Shown: one piece after another, positions 38,042-47,245 of the stretch
Layout of the letters: every line of letters begins with the position of its first letter
How positions within the stretch are numbered: position 1 is the stretch's first letter
Assembly: GCA_963783305.1 (NCBI GenBank)
Contig: CAWAMW010000007.1
Location: 320,001-384,000, forward strand
Direction of reading: 5' to 3'
From: an uncultured Gemmatimonadales bacterium
GTDB lineage: Bacteria; Gemmatimonadota; Gemmatimonadetes; Longimicrobiales; RSA9
Length of the DNA: 64,000 bases
Notes under the pieces: model-generated
Databases searched by the model: none
What the model was told of the DNA's origin: nothing
The model's input: only the letters and a program-made list of their open reading frames with translations
Made by a program: the position numbers and the translations under genes

Positions 38042-41000
38042 TCAGCCGCGGTGGGTAAGGGCGTGACCGACCTTCCACGCCAACCAACCCGCGCCGACGC
38101 CCACCGCGAGCTTCGCGGCGGTGGGTACCCGAGCGCCGTCGGCGGTCCCCACATCAGACCCGGCGGCGGCCGGCAGACGTCCGGCACGCTCCATGGCCAT
38201 ATGGACCACCTCCGCCGGATGCAGTGGCCGGGGGAGGTGATTCTGCTCGATCATCTCCCGGCACGAGAAGCCGCCGGTGATCACGAGGGTGCTCGGCTCG
38301 GCGTTCCGCAGGGCGGGGAGGAGGACTCGTTCGCCACAGGCCTGAGAGACCTCGTAGTGCTCCTCTTCGAATCCGAAGGAGCCGGCCATCCCGCAGCAGC
38401 CGGAGTCCAGGACCTCGTAGTCGAGACCGAGGCGGTCGAAGAGCGCGGTCTCGGTGTTGAAGTCCAGGACCGATTTGTGGTGGCAGTGCCCGTGGACGAG
38501 GGCTTTCTCCCCCTCGAGCCGCCCGAGGTCCGCGTCCGAGGCGTGCTCGGAGAGGAATTCGGTCAGCAGGTATGTCTGCCTGGAGAGCCGCTTTGCGTCC
38601 TTGTCGTGGGGAAAGAGGTTCAGGAGCTCATCGCGCAGCGTGGACACGCAGCTCGGCTCCATGCCGATCACCGGTGTGCCCGCGCGGATCTCGTCGCGGA
38701 GCTCGTCCAGGATCTGCCGGAGGAGGTGCTTCGCCATCGTGAGCATGCCGTAGTCGTAGAGCGGTCGGCCACAGCAGAGCATCGCGCGCGGGATGACCGG
38801 CCGGAACCCCGCTCCCTCCAGGACCTCGACGGTGGTCTTCGCGATATCCGGATGAAAGAAGTTGTTGAACGTGTCGGGCCAGAGGAGCACCCGCTGCCCG
38901 TCCACGGTCGAGCCGCCGCGGCGGCGGAACCAGTCGCGGAAGGTCTCCTCGGCGAACTCCGGCATCTCCCGCTCGACCGCCACGCCGCCGATCTTCTTGA
39001 TCAGGGTGGAGAGGCCGGGCGCCCGGGCGGCCCGGTTCACGAGGCGCGGGGCGATCTGAGCGAGTCGGGCCCACCAGTGGATCAGGCCCATGGCGTAGGC
39101 GCTGCGGGGGCGCAGCCGGCCCTCGTAGTAGTGGGAGAGGAACTCGGCCTTGTAGGTGGCCATGTCCACGTCCACCGGGCAGTCGCCCTTGCAGCCCTTG
39201 CAGGCGAGGCACAGGTCGAGGGCCTCCTTCACCTCCTCGCTCTTCCAGCCGTCCTGGACGGTCTGGCCCCGCATCATCTCGTACAGCAGACGCGCACGTC
39301 CGCGCGTGGAGTGCATCTCCTCCCGTGTCACCATGTACGACGGGCACATCGTCCCACCGTCGTGGCGCCGGCACTTGCCGACGCCAACGCAGCGGATGGC
39401 GGCATTGTGGAAGGCGAAGTCGTCGTTCGGGAAGCTGAAGTGGGTGTCCAGCTCCGGCGGATCCCACTCCACGCCCAGGACGAGGTTCGAGTCGGGCGGG
39501 TACGCGTCGATCACCTTGCCCGGGTTCATCTTCCATTCCGGGTCCCAGATCCGCTTGAACTCGCGGAACGCCTCCATCAGCTCCTCGCCGAACATCTTCG
39601 GCAGGAGTGCGCCGCGGGCCTGCCCGTCGCCGTGCTCGCCGGACAGGGAGCCGCCGTACTTGAGCACGAGGTCGGCGGCGTCGTCAATGAAGGCGAGGTA
39701 GGTGTCGAGTCCTTCGCGGGTCTCGTAGTCGAAGTTGATCCGGCAGTGGACGCACCCCTGTCCGAAGTGACCGTAGAGGGCGGCCCGGTAGCCGTACTCA
39801 TTCATCAGGTCGCGGAACTCGCGCAGGTAGTCGCCGCAGTGCTCCGGCGCGACGGCCGCATCCTCCCAGCCCTCCCAGGTGGCATCCATGCCCGGGACGA
39901 AGGCGGTGGCTCCGAGGCCGGACTCGCGCACCTCCCAGACCTTCTGCTGCTCTTCCTTGTTCGAGATCAGACGCATCTCGCGCAGGTGCTCGCTGGTGCC
40001 CTCGATCTCCGCCATCGCGGCGCGGGCGCGCTCCTCCGCCTCCTCGACGGTATCGCCTCCGAACTCCACCAGCAGCCAGCCGTGCCCCTCGGGCAGGAAG
40101 TCCAGGTAGTCGGCGTGGAGCCCTTTCAGCTTCATGAAGTTGGGCAGGTTGTCGTCGATGCCTTCGAGTCCCAGCGGCTTGTGCCGGCTGATCTCCACCA
40201 CGTGGTCCGCGGCGTGGTAGATGTCGTGGTATCCGAGGATCAGGAGGACGCGCTCGGCCGGGTCGGGGATAAGCCGAACCTTCGCCTCCAGCACGATCAC
40301 CGCCGTGCTCTCGGTGCCCACCAGGGCGCGGGCTGGATTGAACTCGCCGTCGGGGAGCAGGGCAGGGAGGTTGTAGCCGGAGACGCGGCGCGGGATGTCC
40401 GGGAATCGCTCCCGGATCTGGTCCTGGTAACGTTCCCCCAGCTCCCGCAGGTCGCGGTAGATCTGGCCGCGTCGGCCGCCCGCCGCGATGATGCGCTCCA
40501 ACTCCTCGGGGTCCGTGGCCGCGACGGTCATCTCCTGGCCGTCGTAGGTGAGGATGCGGAGCTCGATGACCTGGTCCTCCGTCCGTGGACCAGGCCCGTA
40601 ATGCTCGGCCATGACCGAGTGGACGCCGCACGAGTTGTTGCCGATCATCCCGCCGAGGGTACAGCGGCTGTGCGTGGCGGGGTCGGGTCCGAACGTCAGG
40701 CCCTGGGACCCGGCGGCACTCCGCAGGTCGTCCAGCACGGTACCCGGCTGGACGCGTGCCCACCGCTCCTCGGCGTTCACCTCCAGTACGGCACCCATGT
40801 ACTTGGAGAAGTCCAGCACGACGGCCGCGTTGCAGCACTGGCCCGCCAGGCTGGTGCCCCCGCCGCGGCCCAGGATGGGCGCCCCGTGCTCGCGCGCGAG
40901 CCGAACGGTCTCCCGGACATCGTCATCGTCCCTGGGAATCACCACGCCGATGGGGACCTGCCGATAGCTGGAGGCGTCGGTGGAGTACATTCCCCGCGTG

Positions 41001-41131
41001 CCGCGGTCGAACCGCACCTCGCCCCGGATCACTTCCATCAGCGCCCGCTCGAGCCCCGTGGCCTCGATGGACGCCGCCTCGCCGGACGCGCTGGGGAGAC
41101 CTGGGGTGCCGGATCGAATGAGTGTGGACAT
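38042..41131 (-). CDS. FAD-binding and Fe-S-binding fused oxidoreductase (GlcD/GlcF, YdiJ-like)
   Basis: RGGGTSLAGQ, GGMIGNN, SGEHGDG, CVGVGKC, CLACKGCKGDCP, LCCGR, GCCGMAG. Confidence 0.92.
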   Translation of the reverse strand: MSTLIRSGTPGLPSASGEAASIEATGLERALMEVIRGEVRFDRGTRGMYSTDASSYRQVPIGVVIPRDDDDVRETVRLAREHGAPILGRGGGTSLAGQCCNAAVVLDFSKYMGAVLEVNAEERWARVQPGTVLDDLRSAAGSQGLTFGPDPATHSRCTLGGMIGNNSCGVHSVMAEHYGPGPRTEDQVIELRILTYDGQEMTVAATDPEELERIIAAGGRRGQIYRDLRELGERYQDQIRERFPDIPRRVSGYNLPALLPDGEFNPARALVGTESTAVIVLEAKVRLIPDPAERVLLILGYHDIYHAADHVVEISRHKPLGLEGIDDNLPNFMKLKGLHADYLDFLPEGHGWLLVEFGGDTVEEAEERARAAMAEIEGTSEHLREMRLISNKEEQQKVWEVRESGLGATAFVPGMDATWEGWEDAAVAPEHCGDYLREFRDLMNEYGYRAALYGHFGQGCVHCRINFDYETREGLDTYLAFIDDAADLVLKYGGSLSGEHGDGQARGALLPKMFGEELMEAFREFKRIWDPEWKMNPGKVIDAYPPDSNLVLGVEWDPPELDTHFSFPNDDFAFHNAAIRCVGVGKCRRHDGGTMCPSYMVTREEMHSTRGRARLLYEMMRGQTVQDGWKSEEVKEALDLCLACKGCKGDCPVDVDMATYKAEFLSHYYEGRLRPRSAYAMGLIHWWARLAQIAPRLVNRAARAPGLSTLIKKIGGVAVEREMPEFAEETFRDWFRRRGGSTVDGQRVLLWPDTFNNFFHPDIAKTTVEVLEGAGFRPVIPRAMLCCGRPLYDYGMLTMAKHLLRQILDELRDEIRAGTPVIGMEPSCVSTLRDELLNLFPHDKDAKRLSRQTYLLTEFLSEHASDADLGRLEGEKALVHGHCHHKSVLDFNTETALFDRLGLDYEVLDSGCCGMAGSFGFEEEHYEVSQACGERVLLPALRNAEPSTLVITGGFSCREMIEQNHLPRPLHPAEVVHMAMERAGRLPAAAGSDVGTADGARVPTAAKLAVGVGAGWLAWKVGHALTHRG

Positions 41132-41162
41132 CTGCCTTGCCGCTCCAGTCGGTGTCGGGGTC

Positions 41163-42272
41163 TCAATAGACCCGGTATTCCTCCGCGTCGCGCTCCTTCA
41201 GCTCCAGCCCGATCCCGGGGCGCCCGCGGTCGGGACGCAGCGTGCCGCCTTCGGGGGCCATGGTGCCATCGATCAGCAGGTCATCGATGCGCGCGTGGTC
41301 GTGGAAGTACTCCAGGTGGAGCACGCCCGGTGCCGCACAGCAGACGTGCACGTCCAGCTGCGGCGCCGTGTGGGCGGAGATGGGAGTGCTGAACGCGGCG
41401 CAGACTTCTGCCGCGCGCAGGAACCCCGTGTAGCCGCCGCACTTGATGGCGTCCGGCATCACCACGTCCGCGGCCTCTGCCTCGCACATCCGTCGGAAAT
41501 AGAAGACGTCCCAGCCGTACTCCCCGGCCGCGACGCGCATGCCGGCGGGAATCCTGGACCGGATCCAGCGGAGCCCCGCCAGGTCGTCGGAGCTCACCGG
41601 CTCCTCGAACCACGACACGCCGTGCTCGGCGAACCGCTGCGCCATCCCGATGGCCTGCGCTCGCGTATAGCCGCCGTTCGCGTCCACGAAGAGCTCGGGT
41701 CCGACGCCGATGGCTTCCCGCGCGGCGCGCACCCGCTCCGGGTCGCGATCCGGCTCCCGACCCACCTTCATCTTCACCCTGGGGATGCCCATCTCCACCC
41801 AGCCCGCAAGCTGCGCCTGGAGCCGCTCCACCGAATACGACGTGAACCCACCGCTGCCGTACACGGGACACTCGCTGCGGCGCGCCCCCAGGAGCACGCC
41901 GACGTTCGCGTCCAGCAGCTTGCCCTTCAGGTCCCAGAGCGCCACGTCCACCACTCCGATCGCCGACATGACCAGCCCCGGATGCCCGATGTTCCGCGTC
42001 TCGTGGAGCATCGCGTCCCACGCGCCCGCCGTATCCACCGCGTCCGTGCCCACCACCACCGCCGCGAGCTTCTCGTCGATCAGGCGCGCGCCCGCCGCGT
42101 CCACGAAGCCGTAGCCGAACCCGCGGACGCCTCCCGCCTCCACGTGCACCGTCGTCAACGTGGTCGAGCGCCACCGCAGCGTTCCGTCCGACTCGGGCTG
42201 CGTCTCCGTGGGAACCTTGTAGGCGCCCACCGAGAGCGAGTCGATGGCCACGCCGTCCGCGAGCCGCGCCAC
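41163..42272 (-). CDS. Mandelate racemase/muconate lactonizing enzyme (enolase superfamily) protein
   Basis: DVALWDLKGK, KMK, VDANG, WFEEP, AGEY, SAH, EYFHDH. Confidence 0.92.
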   Translation of the reverse strand: MARLADGVAIDSLSVGAYKVPTETQPESDGTLRWRSTTLTTVHVEAGGVRGFGYGFVDAAGARLIDEKLAAVVVGTDAVDTAGAWDAMLHETRNIGHPGLVMSAIGVVDVALWDLKGKLLDANVGVLLGARRSECPVYGSGGFTSYSVERLQAQLAGWVEMGIPRVKMKVGREPDRDPERVRAAREAIGVGPELFVDANGGYTRAQAIGMAQRFAEHGVSWFEEPVSSDDLAGLRWIRSRIPAGMRVAAGEYGWDVFYFRRMCEAEAADVVMPDAIKCGGYTGFLRAAEVCAAFSTPISAHTAPQLDVHVCCAAPGVLHLEYFHDHARIDDLLIDGTMAPEGGTLRPDRGRPGIGLELKERDAEEYRVY

Positions 42273-42278
42273 GCCAGG

Positions 42279-44087
42279 TCAGCCCACGCCCGGGATCCGC
42301 TCCGACACCGACGCCCACATCTCCTTGGCCGTCTGGCGGAAGATCCCCTTCATGTGCGGGTCGCCCTTCAGCATCGACTGCCAGAAATGGCGCGCCTGCT
42401 CGATGGAGATGTGGGGCGGGAGGGGCGGCACGCTGGGATCCGTAACGAAATCAATGACGGTGGGCCGGTCCGCTCTCAGCGCCTCCTGCCACGCCTGGGC
42501 GATGGACTCCGGACGCTCGACGCGGATGCCGTTGAGTCCGAGACGGGTGGCATAGTCGGCGAAGTGGATGTCGGGGAGGTCCTGGGTGATTTCGTATTCC
42601 GGGTCGCCGGCGAGGACGCGCTGCTCCCAGGTGACCTGGTTGAGGTCCTGGTTGTTGAGGACGCCGATGATGAGGCGCGGGTCCTCCCACTGCTCCCAGT
42701 ACTTGGCGATGGTGATGAGGCCGTTGATGCCGTTCATCTGCATGGCGCCATCGCCGACCATGGCGATGGTGGGGCGACCGGGCCAGCAGAACTTTGACGC
42801 GATGGCGTAGGGGACGCCGGGCCCCATGGTGGCCAGGTTGCCGGAAAGCGACGCCATCATGGACGGCTTCACCTTCACGTCCCGGGCCCACCAGTTGGCG
42901 GAGGAGCCGGAGTCGCAGGTGAGGATGACGTCGTCGGGGAGCCGCGATGACATCTCCCAGAAGACACGTTGCGGATTGATGGGATCCGCATCCGACATGG
43001 CGCGGTCCTCCATAATGCGCCACCACTCCTTCACGTCTTCCTCGACCTTCTCCCGCCAGCCGCGGTCGCTCTTCTTCTCCAGCATGGGGATCAGCGCCTG
43101 GAGCGTCTCCCTGGAGTCCCCGTGGAGGTTGACGTCCATGGGGTAGCGGAGCCCGAGCATGCGTCCATCGATGTCGATCTGGACACCCATGGCGGAGCCT
43201 TCCTTGGGCAGGAACTCGGAATAGGGGAAGCTGGAGCCGACCATGAGGAGGGCATCGCAGTCCTGCATGAGGTTCCAGCTCGGGCGAGTGCCCAGGAGTC
43301 CGATGGAGCCGGTGACGTAGGGCAGGTGGTCGTCGAGGGCGGCCTTTCCGAGCAGCGCCTTGGCGACGCCGGCGCCGAGCCGGTCGGCCACCTGCATGAC
43401 CTCCTCGGTGGCGCCGAGGGCGCCAGCGCCCACGAGCATGGCCACCTTCTCCGCCCCGTTCAGGATGTCGGCCGCGCGCTGGAGATCCTCGTCCTGAGGG
43501 ATGATCCGCGGGTGGCTGTAGCCCACGCCGGAATGGATGGAGCCGTGGTCGTGGGGCGGCTTCTCGATGGCGTCCATCTCGCCCACGTTGTTGGGCACGA
43601 TGATGGTGCAGACCGCGCGCTCGGCCTTGGCGATCCGCATGGCGCGGTCGACGAGGTGGCGCATCTGGGCGGGGTGGGAGCACATGTGGACGTAGTGCGG
43701 GGAGACGTCCTTGAAGAGGGTGATGAGGTCGACCTCCTGCTGGTAGTCGCCGCCGAGGGCGCGACTGTCCTGCTGGCCGACGATGGCCACGACCGACTGG
43801 TGGTCCATCTTGCCGTCGTAGAGGCCGTTGAGGAGGTGGATGGCGCCGGGCCCGGAGGTGGCGAGGCAGACGCCGACCTCACCGGTGAACTTGGAGTGGG
43901 CCGTGGCCATGAAGGCGGCCAGCTCCTCGTGGCGGGACTGGACGAACTCCATCTCGTGGTCCGTCCCCTCCGCGCCCTCGAGGGCGCCCATGATGGCGTT
44001 GATCCCATCGCCGGGGAAGCCGTAGATGCGGTTCACACCCCACTCGTGGAGGCGTTCGATCATGAAGTCGGCGACGGTCTTGCTCAT
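42279..44087 (-). CDS. Thiamine diphosphate-requiring enzyme (pyruvate oxidase family)
   Basis: FPGDGIN, RHEE, TSGPGAIHLLNGLYD, GDGAMQM...NN. Confidence 0.93.
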   Translation of the reverse strand: MSKTVADFMIERLHEWGVNRIYGFPGDGINAIMGALEGAEGTDHEMEFVQSRHEELAAFMATAHSKFTGEVGVCLATSGPGAIHLLNGLYDGKMDHQSVVAIVGQQDSRALGGDYQQEVDLITLFKDVSPHYVHMCSHPAQMRHLVDRAMRIAKAERAVCTIIVPNNVGEMDAIEKPPHDHGSIHSGVGYSHPRIIPQDEDLQRAADILNGAEKVAMLVGAGALGATEEVMQVADRLGAGVAKALLGKAALDDHLPYVTGSIGLLGTRPSWNLMQDCDALLMVGSSFPYSEFLPKEGSAMGVQIDIDGRMLGLRYPMDVNLHGDSRETLQALIPMLEKKSDRGWREKVEEDVKEWWRIMEDRAMSDADPINPQRVFWEMSSRLPDDVILTCDSGSSANWWARDVKVKPSMMASLSGNLATMGPGVPYAIASKFCWPGRPTIAMVGDGAMQMNGINGLITIAKYWEQWEDPRLIIGVLNNQDLNQVTWEQRVLAGDPEYEITQDLPDIHFADYATRLGLNGIRVERPESIAQAWQEALRADRPTVIDFVTDPSVPPLPPHISIEQARHFWQSMLKGDPHMKGIFRQTAKEMWASVSERIPGVG

Positions 44088-44153
44088 GGAGTTATCCGGG
44101 GATGGTGTGAGGGTCTGGCTGCGTTGGCGCGCTTCCGGTACCGCCGGGTCTGG

Positions 44154-44531
44154 TCATCGGACGGGGAACGCGATGGTGCTGATGAGGGCGTTCTCGGCCT
44201 GCCGCGAGTCCAGACGCGTGTGCTGGACGATGATCGGGACGTCCGACTCGATGACGCTGGCGTAGTCGGTGCCGCGGGGTACGGGCTCGGGGTCGTCCAG
44301 GTCGTTGAACCGGAGGTGTCGCGTCCGTCGGGCCGGGACCTCGACCTGGTAGGGGCCGACCGGCTCGCGGTCGGAGAAGTAGAGGGTGATGCGCACGTGG
44401 GCGTCGTCGTCGGAGGCGTTCAGGAGACAGGCCGTCTCGTGGGAGGTGAATGCCGGCTCGGGGCCGTTGCTCCAATCGGGAATGTAGCCTTCGGCGATGG
44501 CCCACACCCGTCTTCCTGCTGCCTCCCGCAT
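44154..44531 (-). CDS. Sensory rhodopsin transducer (ASRT/ASRAH domain) family protein
   Basis: WAIAEGYIP, SHETACLLN, VPARRTRHLRFNDL, SDVPIIVQHTRLDSRQAENAL. Confidence 0.9.
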   Translation of the reverse strand: MREAAGRRVWAIAEGYIPDWSNGPEPAFTSHETACLLNASDDDAHVRITLYFSDREPVGPYQVEVPARRTRHLRFNDLDDPEPVPRGTDYASVIESDVPIIVQHTRLDSRQAENALISTIAFPVR

Positions 44532-44648
44532 GGTGCCTCCGTGGCGGCGAAAACCTCCAGATCGGGCCGGAGCGATCATTGGATCGGAGGGCGTTCAGCG
44601 CTTTGCGGCAGCCCCGTTCCGAGCCCGTGTCGGTCGGCCAGAGGAGGC

Positions 44649-44664
44649 GGCAATATCCATTCCC
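44649..44664 (-). promoter_or_regulatory. sigma54-like promoter upstream of the ASRT operon
   Basis: Minus strand GGGAATGGATATTGCC, GG-N10-GC. Confidence 0.5.
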
Positions 44665-44828
44665 CGCGAGCGGGCCGCCGGCCGGTACCGGGGTGGGTTC
44701 CGTCGGCGCGGTGTGGTAGGCCGGCTGGCCGGAGTGAGCCGCGGTCGCTACCGTTGCCGCTCCGGTGAGCCCCCGGGCCCCACCGTGATGGTGGGACGCG
44801 CTCGAGCGAACGGGGCAAAGGGGCGAGG

Positions 44829-45797
44829 ATGTCAGAGGCAGCGGAAGGTGGGATCGGGCGCGGCCACGCGCGGGTGCTGCGGGCGGCCGCGGTCGTGACG
44901 TTCCTGCTGGTGGTGATGGGGGGTACGGTCTGCGTCACGGGCTCGACGCTCGGGTGCCCGGACTGGCCGGCGTGCTACGGCCGGCTGGTGCCGCCGGCCC
45001 GGGCCGATTCCATCATCGAGTACACGCACCGGTTCCTGGCGCTGCTCGCCGGCCCGCTCGTCCTGGCGGCGGCGGCTCTGGGGCTGTGGCGGGCCCGGGG
45101 GGCGCACTGGATCAGCCGGGCGCCCATCCTCGCCGTGGCCCTGTTCGCCGCCGTGGCGGTGTTCGGCGCGTTCGCGGTGCTGACGGGGCTGCCCCCGATC
45201 CTGGCGGCCGTGGACCTGGGCAGCGCGCTGATGGCTCTCGCGCTCCTCCTCGCCGCCGCCGAGACGGCGCGACTCGCGAACGCCCGGGGCGTCCGACCCG
45301 GCGGGCTCCGGATCGCAGGCCCAGTGGGGACCGCGGCCGCCGCCACGGCGGTCGCCGTGTTCTTCGTGCTGGTCCTGGGGGTCCTCGTGGCGGAGCCGGG
45401 ATCGATCGTCCGGTGCCTCGGCTGGCCGCTGTACGCGGGTGGCGAAGCGGTTGCCGCGACGCGAGCGGGGCTGCTCCAGCCGGTACGCCTCGGGCTCTCG
45501 GGCCTCGCCGTGGCCGGGGTGGTCCTGCTGCCGGTGCTCGCGTGGCGCGCGGGACCGGAGCACCGCGGGGCGGCGTGGAAGGCGACGGCGGCTGCCGGCC
45601 TCCTCGCGCTCGAGCTGCTCCTGGGCCTCCGCCTCGCCGCCGGTGGGGCGGGGAGCGCGTGGCTCGTTACGTACGTGGCGCTCGCCGCCGCGATCTGGAC
45701 TCAGCTGATCGTGCTGCTCGTGGATCTCGCGCTGCCGCAGCGGTCCGGAGCGGCTGCCGAGGCCCGGTCGGCCGAGGCGCCTGCGGGGGGCCAGTAG
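44829..45797 (+). CDS. ctaA: COX15/CtaA heme A synthase-family protein with degenerate His ligands
   Basis: GCPDWPAC loop, EYTHR, 8-TM layout; the other His positions appear substituted. Confidence 0.75.
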   Translation: MSEAAEGGIGRGHARVLRAAAVVTFLLVVMGGTVCVTGSTLGCPDWPACYGRLVPPARADSIIEYTHRFLALLAGPLVLAAAALGLWRARGAHWISRAPILAVALFAAVAVFGAFAVLTGLPPILAAVDLGSALMALALLLAAAETARLANARGVRPGGLRIAGPVGTAAAATAVAVFFVLVLGVLVAEPGSIVRCLGWPLYAGGEAVAATRAGLLQPVRLGLSGLAVAGVVLLPVLAWRAGPEHRGAAWKATAAAGLLALELLLGLRLAAGGAGSAWLVTYVALAAAIWTQLIVLLVDLALPQRSGAAAEARSAEAPAGGQ

Positions 45798-45815
45798 ATC
45801 GCTGAACGGGGGCGG

Positions 45816-46110
45816 GGAGCGAACGGTCGCTGCGCTCCCTGTCGATCGCTTCGGCCTGCGGCCTCGCTCGTCGATCTCCGCTGCGCTCCGTCTCTACTTC
45901 CACGTTTCGCCGCCACAGCCGGAAGGAAGAGCACACGCGCGTGCCCCGTCACAGCCGACGCCGCGCGCAGCGCGGTCGCCTCGCGCGAAGCGCGGGCGAT
46001 CGACCCCCCGCGCCCGCGGGGTCCTCGGGGAGCGAAGCGACCCCCGAGGATCGACCCCCGCGCCAGCGGGTCCCGAAGGGCGCGGAGCGACCGCAGGGAT
46101 CGACCCTCGA
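45816..46110. repeat. REP/BIME-like cluster of palindromic repeats between convergent genes
   Basis: GATCGACCC at 45998, 46049 and 46098 (period about 50) with GCG(A/G)AGCG-loop hairpins; the same motifs occur inverted at 45826-45889. Confidence 0.7.
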
Positions 46111-46220
46111 CCCACCTCCCCTCGGCATTTCCAGCCGCGCGCACGCGGCCGCGCGCACGCGCAAGGCGGCAGCGCCCGCCGTGGAGGCCCGGCGTGAAGA
46201 CGGCGTCGCGACCCGGCCGA

Positions 46221-46529
46221 CTAGGGCGTCGTCTGCTCGGGCACGGGTCGCGGCGTTCCCGGGCCGTCGATGGCCGGGCGGGTGGCGACATCGAGCGTGG
46301 CCAGGACGATGAGGAGAATGACGAGGAGCACGGCGACCGAGGTGGCGATATGGGCGGGCGTGCGCTGGTCGAGGAGGTGCATGAAGAAGAGGGCGATGAG
46401 GATCGCCTTGGTGGCGGCGATGGTGATGGCGACCGGTACGCCCCAGCTGCCGAGCGGGGCGAACGAGAGGCCGAAGGTCAGGCCCGTGAGGGCGAGGAGC
46501 GCGGCGAAGGTCAGGACGTAGCTCTTCAC
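46221..46529 (-). CDS. ctaF: Cytochrome c oxidase subunit IV
   Basis: YVLTFAALLALT..., IAATKAILIALFFMHL. Confidence 0.88.
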   Translation of the reverse strand: MKSYVLTFAALLALTGLTFGLSFAPLGSWGVPVAITIAATKAILIALFFMHLLDQRTPAHIATSVAVLLVILLIVLATLDVATRPAIDGPGTPRPVPEQTTP

Positions 46530-46537
46530 GGGTCCGG

Positions 46538-47245
46538 TCAGCGCATGAGGTAGAAGGCGGGCCAGACGAACAGCCAGACGATGTCGACGAAGTGCCAGTA
46601 CATGCCTCCGAGCTCGACGGGGGTGTGGTACGCGGCGTCGTAGTGGCGGCGCCAGCTCTGGACGGCGAGCCAGGACAGGATCACGATCCCGCCGGTAACG
46701 TGGACGGCGTGGAGCCCCGTGATGAGGTAGTAGAGGTTGAAGAACGCGCCCGCGCCCTGCTCCTGCAGCCCCTCGAAGTGGTAGTACCTGCCGGGCAGGA
46801 TCCCCTCCCGGATATGGCGCGCGTACTCCCAGAACTTGAGCACGAGGAAGACGACGCCGAGCCCGGCGCCTCCGGCGAGGAGCCCGGCCGTCGCCCGGGG
46901 CCGACCGTGTCGGGTGAAGTGGAGGGCGGTGGCGACGAGGAAGCTGGCGAGGAGCAGGACCACGGTCCCCGAGGAGCCCAGCCACAGGTTCGTATGGTGG
47001 GCGGCCTCCGCGAAGACCTCGGGGAAGGACGTGCGGTAGGAGGCGTAGAGGGCGAAGAGGGCGCCGAACATGAGGATCTCGCTGGCAATGAAGATCCACA
47101 TCCCGAAGTGGGCCGCGTGGGTCTGCCGGGTCATGTCCTCGAAGTGCTCCTCGAGGTGCGCGCCCGGCCCCTCCTCCGGCGCGCGGCGCACGCGGGCGGA
47201 GGCGGAGTGCAGGGTGTCGCCACCGGGAAGGCCGTCGCGGCTCAC
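46538..47245 (-). CDS. ctaE: Cytochrome c oxidase subunit III
   Basis: GMWIFIASEILMFGALF, ITGLHAVHV, GMYWHFVDIVW; GTGA overlap. Confidence 0.93.
   Translation of the reverse strand: MSRDGLPGGDTLHSASARVRRAPEEGPGAHLEEHFEDMTRQTHAAHFGMWIFIASEILMFGALFALYASYRTSFPEVFAEAAHHTNLWLGSSGTVVLLLASFLVATALHFTRHGRPRATAGLLAGGAGLGVVFLVLKFWEYARHIREGILPGRYYHFEGLQEQGAGAFFNLYYLITGLHAVHVTGGIVILSWLAVQSWRRHYDAAYHTPVELGGMYWHFVDIVWLFVWPAFYLMR

Noticed and set aside
38036..41392. 1118-aa ORF on + strand
   Set aside because: Antisense to the FAD/Fe-S oxidoreductase; no independent evidence
45998..46110. Possible CRISPR array
   Set aside because: Only about 2.5 degenerate units, the intervening sequences resemble each other, and there are no cas genes; it fits a REP-like repeat better
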